A DNA stretch of 41,288 nt from Conidiobolus incongruus B7586 (taxonomy: Eukaryota), in assembly GCA_000697335.1 (NCBI GenBank), contig JNEM01013501.1, positions 1 through 41,288 of the forward strand, given 5' to 3'. The notes under the pieces were generated by a model. The model worked only from the letters and a program-made list of their open reading frames with translations, was not told the DNA's origin and searched no databases. Positions within the stretch are counted from its first letter, which is position 1, and each line of letters starts with the position of its first letter. Made by a program: the position numbers and the translations under genes. Positions 12,201 through 26,000 of the stretch are shown here, in pieces.

Positions 12201-15200
12201 CTAATCTAGACCTAGAATGGATTGAATACTATAAATGTCTTGATATAAATCAATAAACAGTGTCTTCAAGTTACATTTCTTTTTTCATGAGAATACCAAT
12301 CAAATTCTATATAATTGAAATAAGGTTTGTGTTTTGAGAACTATACTGTATCCATTGTTTAAAATATAAGATTAAAATTTTTAATTTATATTCTTACTAC
12401 ATTCAATTTGATTTAAATAAAATTAAATTAAAAAAAACCATCTATATTAGGAATACATTCGAATAAAAATGGCAAAAGTTATGATTTCATATATCTCCCT
12501 ATTAAGCAAATATATCCGTTTAATTAAATTGATCAACCGATGGATAACGTGGTCTAATTATATTTTTATTATCCAACATTCTTTAAGCCCATTTCGATTT
12601 ATATTTTATAGCTCCAATCCTTATTCAAACATATTCTTGGTTTTATTTATTTTAATTTGGTTTATATGTAAGAAAAAATTAAAATCCAGTCATGTAAAGC
12701 AAGAGGTAAATGGGCAAAGTCCCAAAGCTATGGATTCAAGATTCAATTTATTAAATAATTTTTAGATACAAATAGTTCTATAATTAATTCTTTGTGATAT
12801 AAATATTTATAAGATTTAATGTATTAGAATATTGTATTCATTATAGACAAGTCAATAATTTAAAAATAATGTTTTTTAACAGTTTATTAGAGATTAATTA
12901 TAATAATAATAATTTAATAAATAATTTATAAATATTTACCAAATTTTTGATTTAATTAAATTAATTTAATTATATCAGATATTAAAAATAGCTAGATACT
13001 TAACAGTTTCATAAATAAAATAGGTATTTTTTATTGACTTATTTTGAAAAGAACAAAAAAACAAATTGAGATGGATCAATATTGAATAAATAAGAGGTTC
13101 TAAAAAGGAATGGCAGATATGACCGAGTGAAATTATTTGGCCTTATATATCACTCTTTAAACTTATTTATTCCCCATTGACTTTATTTAATTTTTAATTA
13201 AACAATATTTAACTTGATGAAGTAAATATCCAATTAAAGCACTCAAATCTTGATAGTGAGTAGCTTAAAATACGATCATTCAGCAAGGGATTGATGCAGT
13301 TAATTCAGTCTATGACTTTGCAATTAATAGAAACAATAAGCAATAGCTTCAATTCATCGTTTGCATACACTTTACTTCAAAGTCAACAGTTATAATTTGA
13401 CTGAATTGACGTTAAAACATAGTCAATAGTATGGGGTATTTTATAAATTTATCGTATTAATAAAAAAACTCGTAATATTGAATAATTCCCATTTAAACTT
13501 AGTCAAAGATCTTTGGAGTAATATAAACCATATGATACTATTGATTCAATATATAGATTGATAAGAATATCATAGAATAACATCTAATAAGGTAATTTAA
13601 TGGCATTGTGATTGGTCCGATTGATGGACAATATTTCCAGTGACTTGTTGACCATATATTTAACATAATCTCAGCTTTTAATATGAACTTCACTCATCAT
13701 TTTTATCAACTCGAAATATATTTTCCACTTAGAATCCTGTTCTAAAAAATGATACTACTCTTTTTTAAAGCCAATTAAAAATAGGAAATCAGGCGAATTT
13801 GCCTAATTGGGATAATAATATCATTTGCATAGTACACAATGAAGATCTTTTATAGCTTAAACTAAACTAAAATTCATTGATTTTATACTTTTTAGTAAAT
13901 TTAGATATTCAACTCGTATATTGGTCCGATAGGACTAATTGTGATTATGTTATAACTTAATAAATATGCCAGATATTCATTAAAAAATCAAACTATAAAT
14001 TTTTTATTGAGAAAATAATTTTAAAATTGATAATAAAAATTGAAATAGAGAAAAAGAAAAATTAATAGGATTCGTTGATTGATTTAAAATTATAGAAAAA
14101 ATTCTCAATATAAGTTACACTTGGTGCAACATTTAAATGAAGTTTGTGCTACCACTTGATTTTATTGCTAAATGCGAATTTTTGATCCCATTTTCTTTTT
14201 GTGGTCAGATATATTGATAGATAGCTGATAACAATAAAATTTTTCCTTTATCAATTCAAATCAGTTTCATTTTTTAATTATACATTGTTTCAATTTATAA
14301 TAAATTTACTGCATAAATTTAAACTATATGTGATTTTTCGCATAAAACTATTAAATTATTTTAATGCAAATTTTTTTTAAATTTATTTATTTATTAATTG
14401 CATAATTTTAAATCAAATATTATTATTTATTTTTATGAGTAAATTAAAAATTTTTTTTATAAAAATATAAAAGTTTTAAAGTAAATATTCAGATAATTAT
14501 ATATATATATTTCACATTAATCAAAATTATAATTTTATCAATTATCTAAATTGATTAATATCTAATTTACACTTAAGTGAATTGTTGTTTATTAATTTTG
14601 AAATTTTGATTCAGTAATATTTTGTTAATAAAATCAAATAGATCAAAATATTTTATTATTATTTACTATGAAAAATTGAATGATTTTATATCATTTTTTT
14701 AGTTGTTATTTGAAGAGCGAATCCATTAAATATGATACTAAAATTATATGTCATGATTAAAAATTTCATGGAGCATGGGTATTGATCATATGAATGATGA
14801 ATGACCTAGAGAATGACTAACACAACCACATACCATTTAGGAAACAAATATATATACCATAGTTTGATTAAACTAAGTAAATTATTTATTTTGCGGTATT
14901 TTTATTAAGATTGACTATATGTTGTGGTTGATATATTAGCCGAGAGAATTAATTCAAAAAGTTTCAAGTCTAGTACCTCGATACATCATGATTCATATAT
15001 TATATAAATCATCATCTAGTAGATAATAAATAAATTAAATAAATTATATAAAGCCGGATTAATCAATAAAGTCATATATTGATACATAGAACAATGATTT
15101 AATATAATCACTTGCATAATTAATAATTGTACGTTATATCACAAAAATGTAATTTAAATGTCATAAATTAAATAATTAAACTTATCATATAAATATGTTT

Positions 15201-16495
15201 TTGAAATATCTAATTAAAATAATTATATATTGCATAACTATAATTACAGATTCTATTTGTTTTATACTGATATCAGATTTTAGAAAAATTTAATATTTTA
15301 AATTATAATATTATAAATATCAAATATTTACTATCCGAATACCATTTTGTGTAATAATTAAAAATTAGAATATATGATCCTATTTCGAATAATTCACTAA
15401 GCACAAAACATTTCATAAATAGATTACCAATTTCAACTATTAGTTATTTTTAGGGTTGAAAATTGATTTAATATAATTTATTTCTATTCAATTATTTAAT
15501 ACTTGGAAAATAACAATGGTTTAGTAACATAATATATATTATTACATAATTAGTATTCATTAATAATATAATAATGTATTCAGTTATAATATATCAAAAC
15601 ATTTGAATTTTGTTAATTTTTATTCTCAAAAACAATTAGAATATAAAATTCTTTTATAAAAAGTATAATCAATTTATTGCTATTCAGAGTAATTTGGTTT
15701 TGTTAATATTTGAGTTAATAATTAAACAGATAAACTTATATATTTAATAAACATTATTAGTATTATATAGAAATATAAGTTAATAATCAACATTGATTTT
15801 GTACATTAAAATTTATCTAGATTCATATCAAATGATTCTAATTTCTGATTTGATTAAATCTATATTTGATAGTACTAAATTGGCTAATGAAAGGTATAGT
15901 TTGATTCATTTAATCCAATTTGTTTTGAATTTAGAATCCTGAAGTAAACAAATTCGACTCAACTCTTTTATTATTGTTTACTGAACTGGTTAGTGGGGAT
16001 TTCCGAAATCAGACAATTCAATATCATTATTTTGTCAAGAGATTCTGATTCCTGAATTGATCATATTGAAACCAATACTACATAGCTGACATTATCAATT
16101 ATAATGTAATGGATTTTTAACACTATTTATTTCAAATTAAGACACCATAAATAATCTGTCATAATTAATGAAACAGCAATATATTTTATATTATAGCAAT
16201 ATTAGCATAGTTCATATTACAAGAAACACAAGCATTTTTGTCCAAATAAATATCAAGTATGAGAGTGACAAGATGTAATCTCAAATTTAATTTGTACACT
16301 AATGATGGTTATAAATAATTCCAATGATATACTATCCAAGAATAATGAATATTACTATATTAATTTATTTATTCTTTTGACTCAATTCATAATTGAATGA
16401 CATGCTAAATTGAAAAACCATGCCTTAGTAAATTTTAAAACAATTAAAAATTGTTCTAAAATAAAACCAAGTCAAAGAAGTTGAGATGAATATGG

Positions 16496-16945
16496 CCAAT
16501 AAAACAATTTTTTAAGTCTTGGGAAATCAATAGTCAAAAATAACTTTAGTTAGGCCAATTGTAACAAATTAATCAAAGGCAATGGATGAATTAAGTGGAA
16601 TAGAGTAAGAGAGAGAAGAAAAAGAGACAAACTCTGAGACTTGGGCTTGAAAAATTCCCAGGCGATACCTGAAGAGGCCGTGATTCTTAAGTAGGATAAC
16701 GTGGAGTTTTTTGAATGTGATGTTACAATAGAATCAAATTTGTCAATTTTCTCTCATGCTAGAGTCAATGAAATACTCCTCACTTGAATATGTCCACACA
16801 CTTTCTCAACATTTTAACCAATCCACTATTGGGATTGCATCTATTGGATTTAGCCAATAGGAGGCTGCAAATTGATCAATTAGTGATTGAAATTAATTCA
16901 GAGAGTGGGTGGAAACAAATGCCAGAACTCAGTTTAGTATAAAAA
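16496..16945 (+). promoter_or_regulatory. promoter of the cyclin gene: cluster of CCAAT boxes plus TATA box
   Basis: CCAAT at 16496, 16555, 16818 and 16854; ATTGG at 16828 and 16843; TATAAAAA at 16938; locally raised GC. Confidence 0.45.
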
Positions 16946-17109
16946 GAGAGCCGATATTGTGTGTGCTATTACCATCCGTTGGATTTTGGATTAAGTTTAA
17001 CGTTGTCAACGTACTTAATAAACGATTCCCCCTTTCCAGCTGAACTTCATCAATTTATTTCCTTAACTTTCTCTTCTCATATATTTAATTATTACTAACC
17101 ATAACCATA

Positions 17110-17817
17110 ATGAGTCTCACTTCTTACGACTTACCTACTTCTTCTGTTGAAGATACTTTGCATCTTATTGCTACTTATCTCGAATCTATTACTAAAACAA
17201 ATGACCAGATCCCCCATGACATGGTCACACCCTATCATGCCCGGTCTATCCCATCTATCTCCATTGCTGCCTATCTCAATCGCATCCACCACTTCTGCCC
17301 TGCCACTAATGAAGCTTACTTAGCTGCTTTAACTTATTTACAACGTGCTACCAAGCTGGGTCTTGAGCACGATGCCTCATATATTCTCATGGATTCTTAC
17401 TCCATTCATCGCCTCCTCATCACCTCTATCATGGTTGGTGCCAAATTTTTTTGTGACTTATTCTACACAAATTGCAGATATGCCAAGGTTGGCGGTGTTC
17501 CAGTAGACGAGTTGAACAAGTTGGAGGTAGAGTTCCTCAAGTTGACTCAATTTGACTTCACAGTCCAACCTGACGAGTTACAACGATTAGGAGATGATTT
17601 AACTCAGTTCTATGACTACTTCACCCTCACTCCTTCTCTCTCTGGATCCTCTACATTCTCCTCTGTTCCAAACTCTCCACCCCATCCCAGTGTTGTTGTC
17701 AACCAACCTGTACCCACGATGGACGAAGCTGCCTTTGCTTCTAAGAACACCTACAGCACAGAATCAGACAGCCATTTCGATACGAGATCTAATCCCGCTT
17801 TGCAGCACACATATTGA
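17110..17817 (+). CDS. Pho80/Pcl6-7-type (Pho85-associated) cyclin, 235 aa
   Basis: YHARSIPSISIAAYLNRIHHFCP, SIHRLLITSIMVGAKFFCDLFYTNCRYAKVGGVPVDELNKLEVEFL are hallmark Pho80-like cyclin-box motifs; Ser/Pro-rich tail. Confidence 0.92.
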   Translation: MSLTSYDLPTSSVEDTLHLIATYLESITKTNDQIPHDMVTPYHARSIPSISIAAYLNRIHHFCPATNEAYLAALTYLQRATKLGLEHDASYILMDSYSIHRLLITSIMVGAKFFCDLFYTNCRYAKVGGVPVDELNKLEVEFLKLTQFDFTVQPDELQRLGDDLTQFYDYFTLTPSLSGSSTFSSVPNSPPHPSVVVNQPVPTMDEAAFASKNTYSTESDSHFDTRSNPALQHTY

Positions 17818-20800
17818 TTCAGTGGGCTCGTGGTGATGGCTATGAATTTTTTTTCTACAGCATTCAGATTGACTCTGAAAAATCACTTCAACCCCCTTTG
17901 TGATGATTTGGCACTGGTTTCAAATCAATCCAATCCAATCGCGCAGATGATTGGACTGATGCCTAGTTTCTTTAGGGGATAGCTCAAATCAACCAAGCTA
18001 CTAGTGATTTTAGCTGATATCATCGCATTTTTCATTGGCATGTGACCAAGGTCTTTTTTCATAGCCTAGTCGCTAACTTAGAATCTCAACCACCCTTCAA
18101 GTTTAAGGGTTGTAAATATTTATACTGTTATTATACTACTCAAAAATATATGATATTTCAATATCATATCATTCCTATGTATTAGGATTATTGTTATTAT
18201 TATCATTATTAAATATCCCTGCCATAATATATTATAATATGAATAAATATCACTACAGATTAATTAGCACGAGGCTATAACTTTGTTATGATTTTAATCA
18301 TGATTATCTAAAATATCATAGCTTTTTGACATTGTTATAATAAGAATAACAGTTTAATATAAACGTATATAGTAATTATTAACATATTGTGTGGATATTA
18401 TAGATTGAATCAAATTTTCCCATTTAATTTTATACTATTAATTGATACTTTATGCATATTTTATTAACAGTACAATTTTAGTGAAAGTATGCAAAAGTGT
18501 GACTAAAAGCGAAAGACAAAATAAAAAACCAAAGTAACTACTCTGTGAGACATGTTTATTGTGATTTGAAATAAAAATAGGAAATTAAGATTGAATCATT
18601 ACTTGATTAAGTTTGATTTGATTATTTTATTGAATTAAAAATAATTTAGTAAAGTCAAGTGCATTAATTCCCTAAAAGGAAAATACAATTGCATAAAAAT
18701 TAATTTAATGATTAAAAATTTAAATTGGTATATAGTTTATTTTCAATCCATATTTTAAAAGGAGATTTATTGTTATTATTATTATTCTTTAATTAATTTA
18801 ATATTAACTTGTTGATTAATATTATTTGAAATAGTATTAAGGGGCTAAGATTTTGTATCAAAATAAAAAAAAAGTGATAAATTTCATTTGAAAATTAGTT
18901 ATATCATAATTGATAGCTCGGATTTGAATATAATTTTATGCATTCAAAATTGGATTGATTATATAATAATAATAATGTATAAATATGGTTTAATAGAGTT
19001 AAAGGATATATATTGATATATTCCGCTTTAAACTCGCTTTAATACATCTCCATAAAGCAAATTTTAATATTAAATATAGTATTTTTTTTCTTAATATTAC
19101 AAATATTCAAATTTTAATATTATTCAAAATATCTATTTGATGCAATATTTAATATTGTCCTATAATTATTGAAATTTGAATTTTTTTTAATAATTTGTTT
19201 TTATAATATTATAAAACCGCAAACATATTGTATTTCAAATCAAAATATACATTATTTGTATATAAATTAGATCAAATTCTCTCAAATCTTATCTATTATT
19301 ATTGTTATTATTACTATTATTATAACTTATTAAATACTCGTTTTAATAGTTTTTTTTTCTTATGAAATTGATGAGAAATTGAATAAAAATCAAAATATTA
19401 GTGGTTATTATAATTAAAAAAAATCTCAATCAATTCTAATATAGAAGGAGGTATTTCCCATTATAGCAATTTGAATTTATTATTAATCTCAGACTGAACA
19501 TATAAGGAAAGATATTTTATAATTTATATTAAATTGTAATGAGAAAATGGGTTTTTTAATAATGGTTTATCCAGAACTCTAAATGATACATACTCGATTT
19601 TTGATCTCAATTCATAAAATCTTTTCAATTAGAAATAAAAAGTTATAAAAATTTGTTTAACATATATGCTTCTGAAAATTGAAATTAGAAAATCCTATTA
19701 TGATATTTCCTTGTGATTTTTATTACTAATTGTTGAGTTTTAATTAAAATCTAGATTTTATATATTAATTTTATTCAACATATCCCAATAATAATCCAAG
19801 AAACTTTTAATTAAGATCATTTTATATAGCTATTAATGCATTATTTATTACCATTAATATTGCTATTACTAATACTTCATCCGCCTTAATACATAATATC
19901 TGAATCATATATTGGATATGTTTTGATTTTGTCAATTTTATAATTGAAAATTAAAAATTTAATTAATCAAGCTTAAAATTGCTTTTTAATTCAATATTGT
20001 TTTGGTCATTTAAAATTGATTAGAGCTTATTTTAAATTGAAAGCATTTAAAATCCTATTAATATGGATTATTAAATTTAATAATTCTTTGATTTTTATTT
20101 CAAGAATATATTTATATAACAGGTAATAAAAGGTAATATTATAAATGCTTTATCTATCCTTTATCCTTATTTGTGATAAATAAATTATACATAATATTTG
20201 TGTTATTGAGAATAGTCATAAGATTGTTAAATAATATAAATTTAATGTGATTTGGAGTGAATTTTGATAAATTCAATTATATATAGATAATTTTGATTAT
20301 CATATCAAATTTTAAGCTAATAATAAAAGTTTTATATTTAATATACTTCCTGTAACTATCAAAATTTATATTAGAATAAATGTTCGAAATATCAGATAAA
20401 TTAAATTGATTAATTGAATATTTGGAATCAACTTATAGCTGAATAATTGTACAAAGTATACTCAGTATTGTTGAATTAATAAAGATATATTTGTTTAATA
20501 AATCATTTGATCAATTAAAATATTCTATTATAAACATTATTTACATAATATCCAATGAAGCTATATAATTAATTAAAATTAATTATAATGTAAGCATGCT
20601 GTTCAAATTCAAAAGACAACAATAATATAAACATGATGATAAAGCAACATTTTTGAAATATTTTGATCATAATATATCATTTCCATGCAACAAATGTAAT
20701 TAGTTAGTTTTTTTATACTTGATATTTTAAAGATTTCAAGGTATACATCACATTATTTCAAATTATAAATATTACATAATAATTAATATTTGTTAAGTAA

Positions 20801-21586
20801 CGCTTTAGATTTATTTATTTAATCCTTAAGATTTATACTAATGATCTCAAACAAGTAATTTTCAAAAAAATTAAATGGAATAAAATAATGTACTATCATT
20901 TAATTAAAGTATTAATCACAGTATTTGAGAATAATAATATTAATAATATTTATGTACACAAAGTATCTAGTTTAAAAATATTGATATAAGAAAAATTTAA
21001 ACAAAGTATTTTCATATTTTAGAAAACATTGCCAATATACAACAATATACCTTAGCTCACATGAATAACGATATATTTTTTATTAATATTGATTAATCGG
21101 TATTAATTCCAATGAACAGAATATGGCTATTATTTTCAATAGTTTATTGTATTACAGTTATATAACTGAAAAAAAATATAATTACCGAAAACGATCTTTT
21201 GATTTCAAAAATATAATATGATAATGATAAGTTATAAATTAGGTTTTGAATTAATTATTTAAAATGATTCTAAAAGTTTGTTTAGAAAAAATATAATGAG
21301 TAAAACAGAGTGTTCTCTCATTTCTGAAGCTCTTATATATTCAGAATAAGCTTTTTTTTAAAACCATTCAAATAACTCTAGAGAATAAAATTGAAAAGCA
21401 AATTTTAATATTCTTTGGATATATAATAAATATTAAATAATAGCTAAGAAATGGTATATTGTTTATCAAAATGAAATTCTAATTTATCAAAAATTTTTAT
21501 TTTTTTTGTCTAGTTATGAAGCAAAATCATAAAATACAGATGTTTTAATCAATATTTATTTTATTCAACTAGTACATATATTTTAA

Positions 21587-22869
21587 TATTACTCTATATT
21601 TTAAATAATAAGAATTTTTTGTGATTAAAAATAAATAAACATTTTAATATATAATATATAAAAATTAATATAAATATATAATATTAATTTAATAGTTTTT
21701 ATTATTATTAATAATTTTTTGTTATATTTTTAACAAACTTTTCATACTTAAAAAATAATTTTTTTATTAAAGATTAATATTTAATATTTTATAAACTAAT
21801 TAAATTTTCTTTCTTATAAGCTAGTTTTTAAATGCTTAAAGAAATTATAATTATATAAGTTATAATCTAAAGAATATATTAAATATAGTAGTTTTTTTTA
21901 GTTATTTTTAATTAAAAAATTTATTATAATTTTAAATTTATATATTTTATAATTATTATATAAAATTATAAGTTTTCTTAAATTATATTAAAAATAATAA
22001 TTAGAAATAGTTTTATTTAAAAAAATATAAAGTTTATTATTAATTAATTTTCTTTTAAAAACTAAATAAAAATAGTATATACTATTATAATTTATTATAA
22101 TAATTAACATTTGTTTATTAATAAAATATTCATTTAAAAAAATTTATAGACAAGGTTAATCTAATTTAACATTTTAATTTGTATTTTAATAAAAGATTAT
22201 ATATAAAGATTTAAAATTAATTAATTATAATTATTTATTATAAAAGCTTAAGATTCTAATAATATATTAATAAATCTTATTTAACAATAGTTACTTTAGC
22301 TTTTTTTAAGCTTTAGTTAAATTATAAGATATTTATTTTGTAATTTTATTTATTAATTTAAGTTTAAACTTTATATATAAAATACTTATAAAACTAATAT
22401 TAAAGTATTTAAACAATTTTTTAATTAAAATAAAAAGGTTCTTTTAATATATTTTTTTACTTTATTAATAATTAAAGTTAATTTTTTTAAATTTTAATAG
22501 GTTTTAAATAATTTCTTTTTTAGTTTTAAAATAGTTTACTTAATAATAAATAGTTAATTTAAATGATGTTTTATTATTAAAAGTTGTTTATATATTTTAA
22601 ATAACTTTAAAAGATTTATAATTAAGTTTTATTAATATTGAATTAAAAAACTTTTGATAATTATTATTTTAAATATAATTAAATTAAACAACTAATTTTA
22701 AAAAATTAATTTTTTAATCAAAAAAATTATAATATATATTTATATATATATAATTTAAAAATATATAATTTCTTATTTACTTTGTATATATTTATTCATT
22801 TAAAACTAATAATAAGTTTGAAAAATCAGAAATTAAAAAATTTCCCATTACTTTAAATTCAAGGTAATA
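21587..22869 (-). mobile_element. mariner relic, copy 2; near full length (1283 bp) with both TIRs
   Basis: The reverse complement aligns by eye with 1-1242 (e.g. AAGTTTAAACTTAAATTAATAAATAAAATTACAAAATAAATATCTTATAATTTAACTAAAGC). Inverted ends are TATTACTCTATATTTTAAATAATAAGAATTTTTT (from 21587) and the reverse complement TATTACCTTGAATTTAAAGTAATGGGAAATTTTTT (ending 22869). YSPDY is preserved as TAT TCT TTA GAT TAT. Confidence 0.88.
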
Positions 22870-23070
22870 AGATAGAACCTGAATCAAACAATATAATTTT
22901 AAGGGAAAATATAAATTTAATTTTAAAATGATCTAAAGATCAAATTTGTAAATGTTGCAATATACTTTGATTAATTAGAATTGTGTACGAATAAATATTA
23001 TCATTTAAATAACAGTTGAAATGAAATAAATATATTTAAATGTAAATTTAAACATTTTTAAATCATCAGA

Positions 23071-26000
23071 CTATTTACAGAAGGAGTGGGATAGTAGTTG
23101 TTTAGCCGTTGGCCTATGATCAGGTTCTCTATAAAATGATTGATTAATTGAATGAATGAAGTGATTTTTGTGATTCCTTACATGATAAAGCACTGTTTCA
23201 TAAAATCACGAGCCATATCTGAACTCTCAGGTATAGTTGGCGTAGAAGCATCTGAGGATTGTCCAAGCTAAATTAAAATATGTTAATTAAATTGATTGAA
23301 GCATTAAAATTAATACATACTCTGTAAACTGTAGCTAATTCGCTGAGATCTCTCCAAGGTCTTTGACCAGTTAACATTTCTATAACCAAACAGCCCAAAC
23401 TCCTAAAAAATAATCAATTATTAATCATTTATATTATTAATTATTGAATATTATCTCACCATATATCAACTTTAGCACTATATCCGTTATGGCGTACAAC
23501 TTCAGGTGCCATCCTAAAATCGATATAATTAATATCAAGTATGAAATAAAACAGTAGTATACTTACCAAAATACAGAGCCTAAAGTTATTGAAATTCACT
23601 CATTAGTAAATTAAGTATAAATAGAAATTGAATAGTATTGATTACCTTTGAAAGACATGCGTGAATTATTTTTATAAGCTAATTGATAATCATTCTTTTT
23701 ACTGATACCAAAATCCGAGATCTTGCAAACGCCTTGGCTATTAATCAATACATTGGCACCTTTAATGTCTCGATGAAGAATATCCTTATTGTGCAAATAT
23801 TCCAAGCCTTTAAGCACCTGGCGAGTCATATTTTTACAGTGATCTTCAGGGAAAGGGCCAAATCGATGCAATGCAGATTCAATGGAACCGCCATCAACGT
23901 ATTCCAGAAAGATATTAATAGATTGGGGACATAGTTCAAAGCCTAAATACTGAACAATGTTTTCGTGTTCCAAATCTTTTAACAGTTCAATTTCACTATA
24001 TAGATCTCTGATTAAATCTCCTCTCTTTCTAGAGAAATTGGATTGGTTTTTGGGATTTGGCAGTTCGATTACTTTAACTGCAATCATTTCACCATTAGCT
24101 GCATTCAATGCGTGGAAAACCCTTCCAAAAGACCCACGTCCTATAATCTTACCCATCACCCACTGCATTGGAGGGCCTTGATTTTGCTGCTTTTCAATCA
24201 AATCAAGTGGGAAATCTGCTGTTGGAGAAGGAATCGATGTAGGAGATTCTGGAATTGTTGTAACTGGTCTTTCAGAAATTACTTCTTTTTTAGTATTGAC
24301 TCTGGTAAGTTTGGAGCCCCACAATTTTGTATTGCTTCGAGATAGGTTCTTAGCATTCGATACACGACGCTGGTGTGCTTCTTGAACGACCATTCTAATA
24401 CTTTTCTTTCTTCCTAGTGATCCATCATTGAGTATCTTCTGTGGGATTGAACTTGCTACAGATGGGGATGAGGGTGGTTGAGGGACGGGATCTAAAATGG
24501 GTTTGTCCAAATCCTGGTCTGGGAAATACTTATCTAAATTATCGCTGATCACTTCTGTTGATGGTCTTTCTGTCCACATCTGGGCCCAACTAGGTGTTTG
24601 TTCCAACTCTGAAGTAGATTCAGCAGTGATAGATGGTGAATTTTTGGTCGCAATTGGTGTCAAGGATTGGGTAGTAGTAGTAGTAGTAGTGTTGGTAGCA
24701 GTGGTAGTATTAATATTAGCATTAGTGGTAGGAGATTTAGTAGAAGATGGTTTCTGAGGATTCCGTGTGGCTATAGAAAATGAACTTTGTTCTTGGTTAG
24801 GCACAATGGGAGGTGAGAAAATTTGTAATTTTGGCAGCGGTGGTTTTTTGTCGGTTTCTTGAGGTAAAAGCTCTAGTTTTAAAGGTGTTTCATTATTACT
24901 TTGATATAAAAGGGCAACAATATCTCTTTTGCTTGAAACCGTGGTAGTAATGGAGTCGATAGTAGCTTTGAAATGGTATGTCTTGGATGGATCCAAATGC
25001 AGTTTAGCTGCAATAGTATCATATAAATGATTTGGTGTCACAGGAGGAGTCAAGTATATGGGATATAGCGTGCCATCTACATCATAAAGATTTACCAAGA
25101 TATTTGGTATCGGGATATCGTCATCTGGACAACTTGATTTGCGAGAATGCTTAGGTGACTTTCGGAATATACTGGGGAAAATCGATGCTAATAGTCCTGA
25201 TTCTTGAGAAGGTTTTGATTTTAGTTTTGGTTTAGAAACTAGAGTTGGTGCTGTATGGATTGATTCAACGGCTTTCCCAGGTGCGGTTTCACTCTCTATC
25301 ATCGATGATCTTTGAGCAGTGTAGTATAAGGAGGATCTACGCTGAGATGAGAGCATGTTATCCAATGTGGTGGGTTGTAGTAGATTGGAGCTTGGGCTGT
25401 TCCGAAGAGGACGGGGAGAAGTGGCGAAACCTGGGTTTGGTAGGCGATTCCTATTTAAATTGGCCATAGATTCTTTTCTTGGGGTAATTATGGGTCCAGA
25501 AGATTTAGGATTTAGATTTGGTTTATGTGCGGTTGAAGAGTCAAATGAAGTGGAGTTAAGATGAGAAGAAGAATTGTGAATAGGATCAACTAATTCTGAT
25601 TCTAAGGAAATAACTACAGGGAGTGATGGCTCAGAAAGACATGCTGAGCTATTTTTCCCATATACTGAATTTTTGAATCTGGGAGGGCCAAGCACTGCGA
25701 AAGAAGCATTAGAATCGGATTCAGGTGAACTGGGAGCATGATTAATTTGGATGTTTGGGTGAGGTGATAAAGCCTTTGGTGTAGGGGATTCATGGTCAAT
25801 AGACCCATGATGAGATGTTCTATTATTTGAAATATTATGAAATGCCTCAGATAAAGTTGGACCTGAAGAATTGATATTTTCATTATACCCAATTCTACTA
25901 CTTCTCTTTTGGTCGAAAAAAGAATCAGAAGCTAAAGTAGAAGAAGAAGTATTAGGAGAAAATCTGGAAGATCTTGACTCTGAAGGTGAATATGCAGTAT

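Noticed and set aside
9326..12765. Short ORFs 9326-9565, 11227-11421 and 12469-12765
   Set aside because: I/N/Y/F/L-rich chance ORFs of AT-rich DNA; one runs through an (ATT)n microsatellite; no motifs.
17815..17960. Possible SECIS element / Sec read-through of the cyclin TGA
   Set aside because: ATGA...AAA...TGA is present, but helix II pairs poorly and the TGA follows a complete cyclin tail, not a Cys-homologous position.
23683..25892. Several short ORFs overlapping the kinase gene
   Set aside because: Alternative-frame or antisense shadows of the BCK1 large exon.
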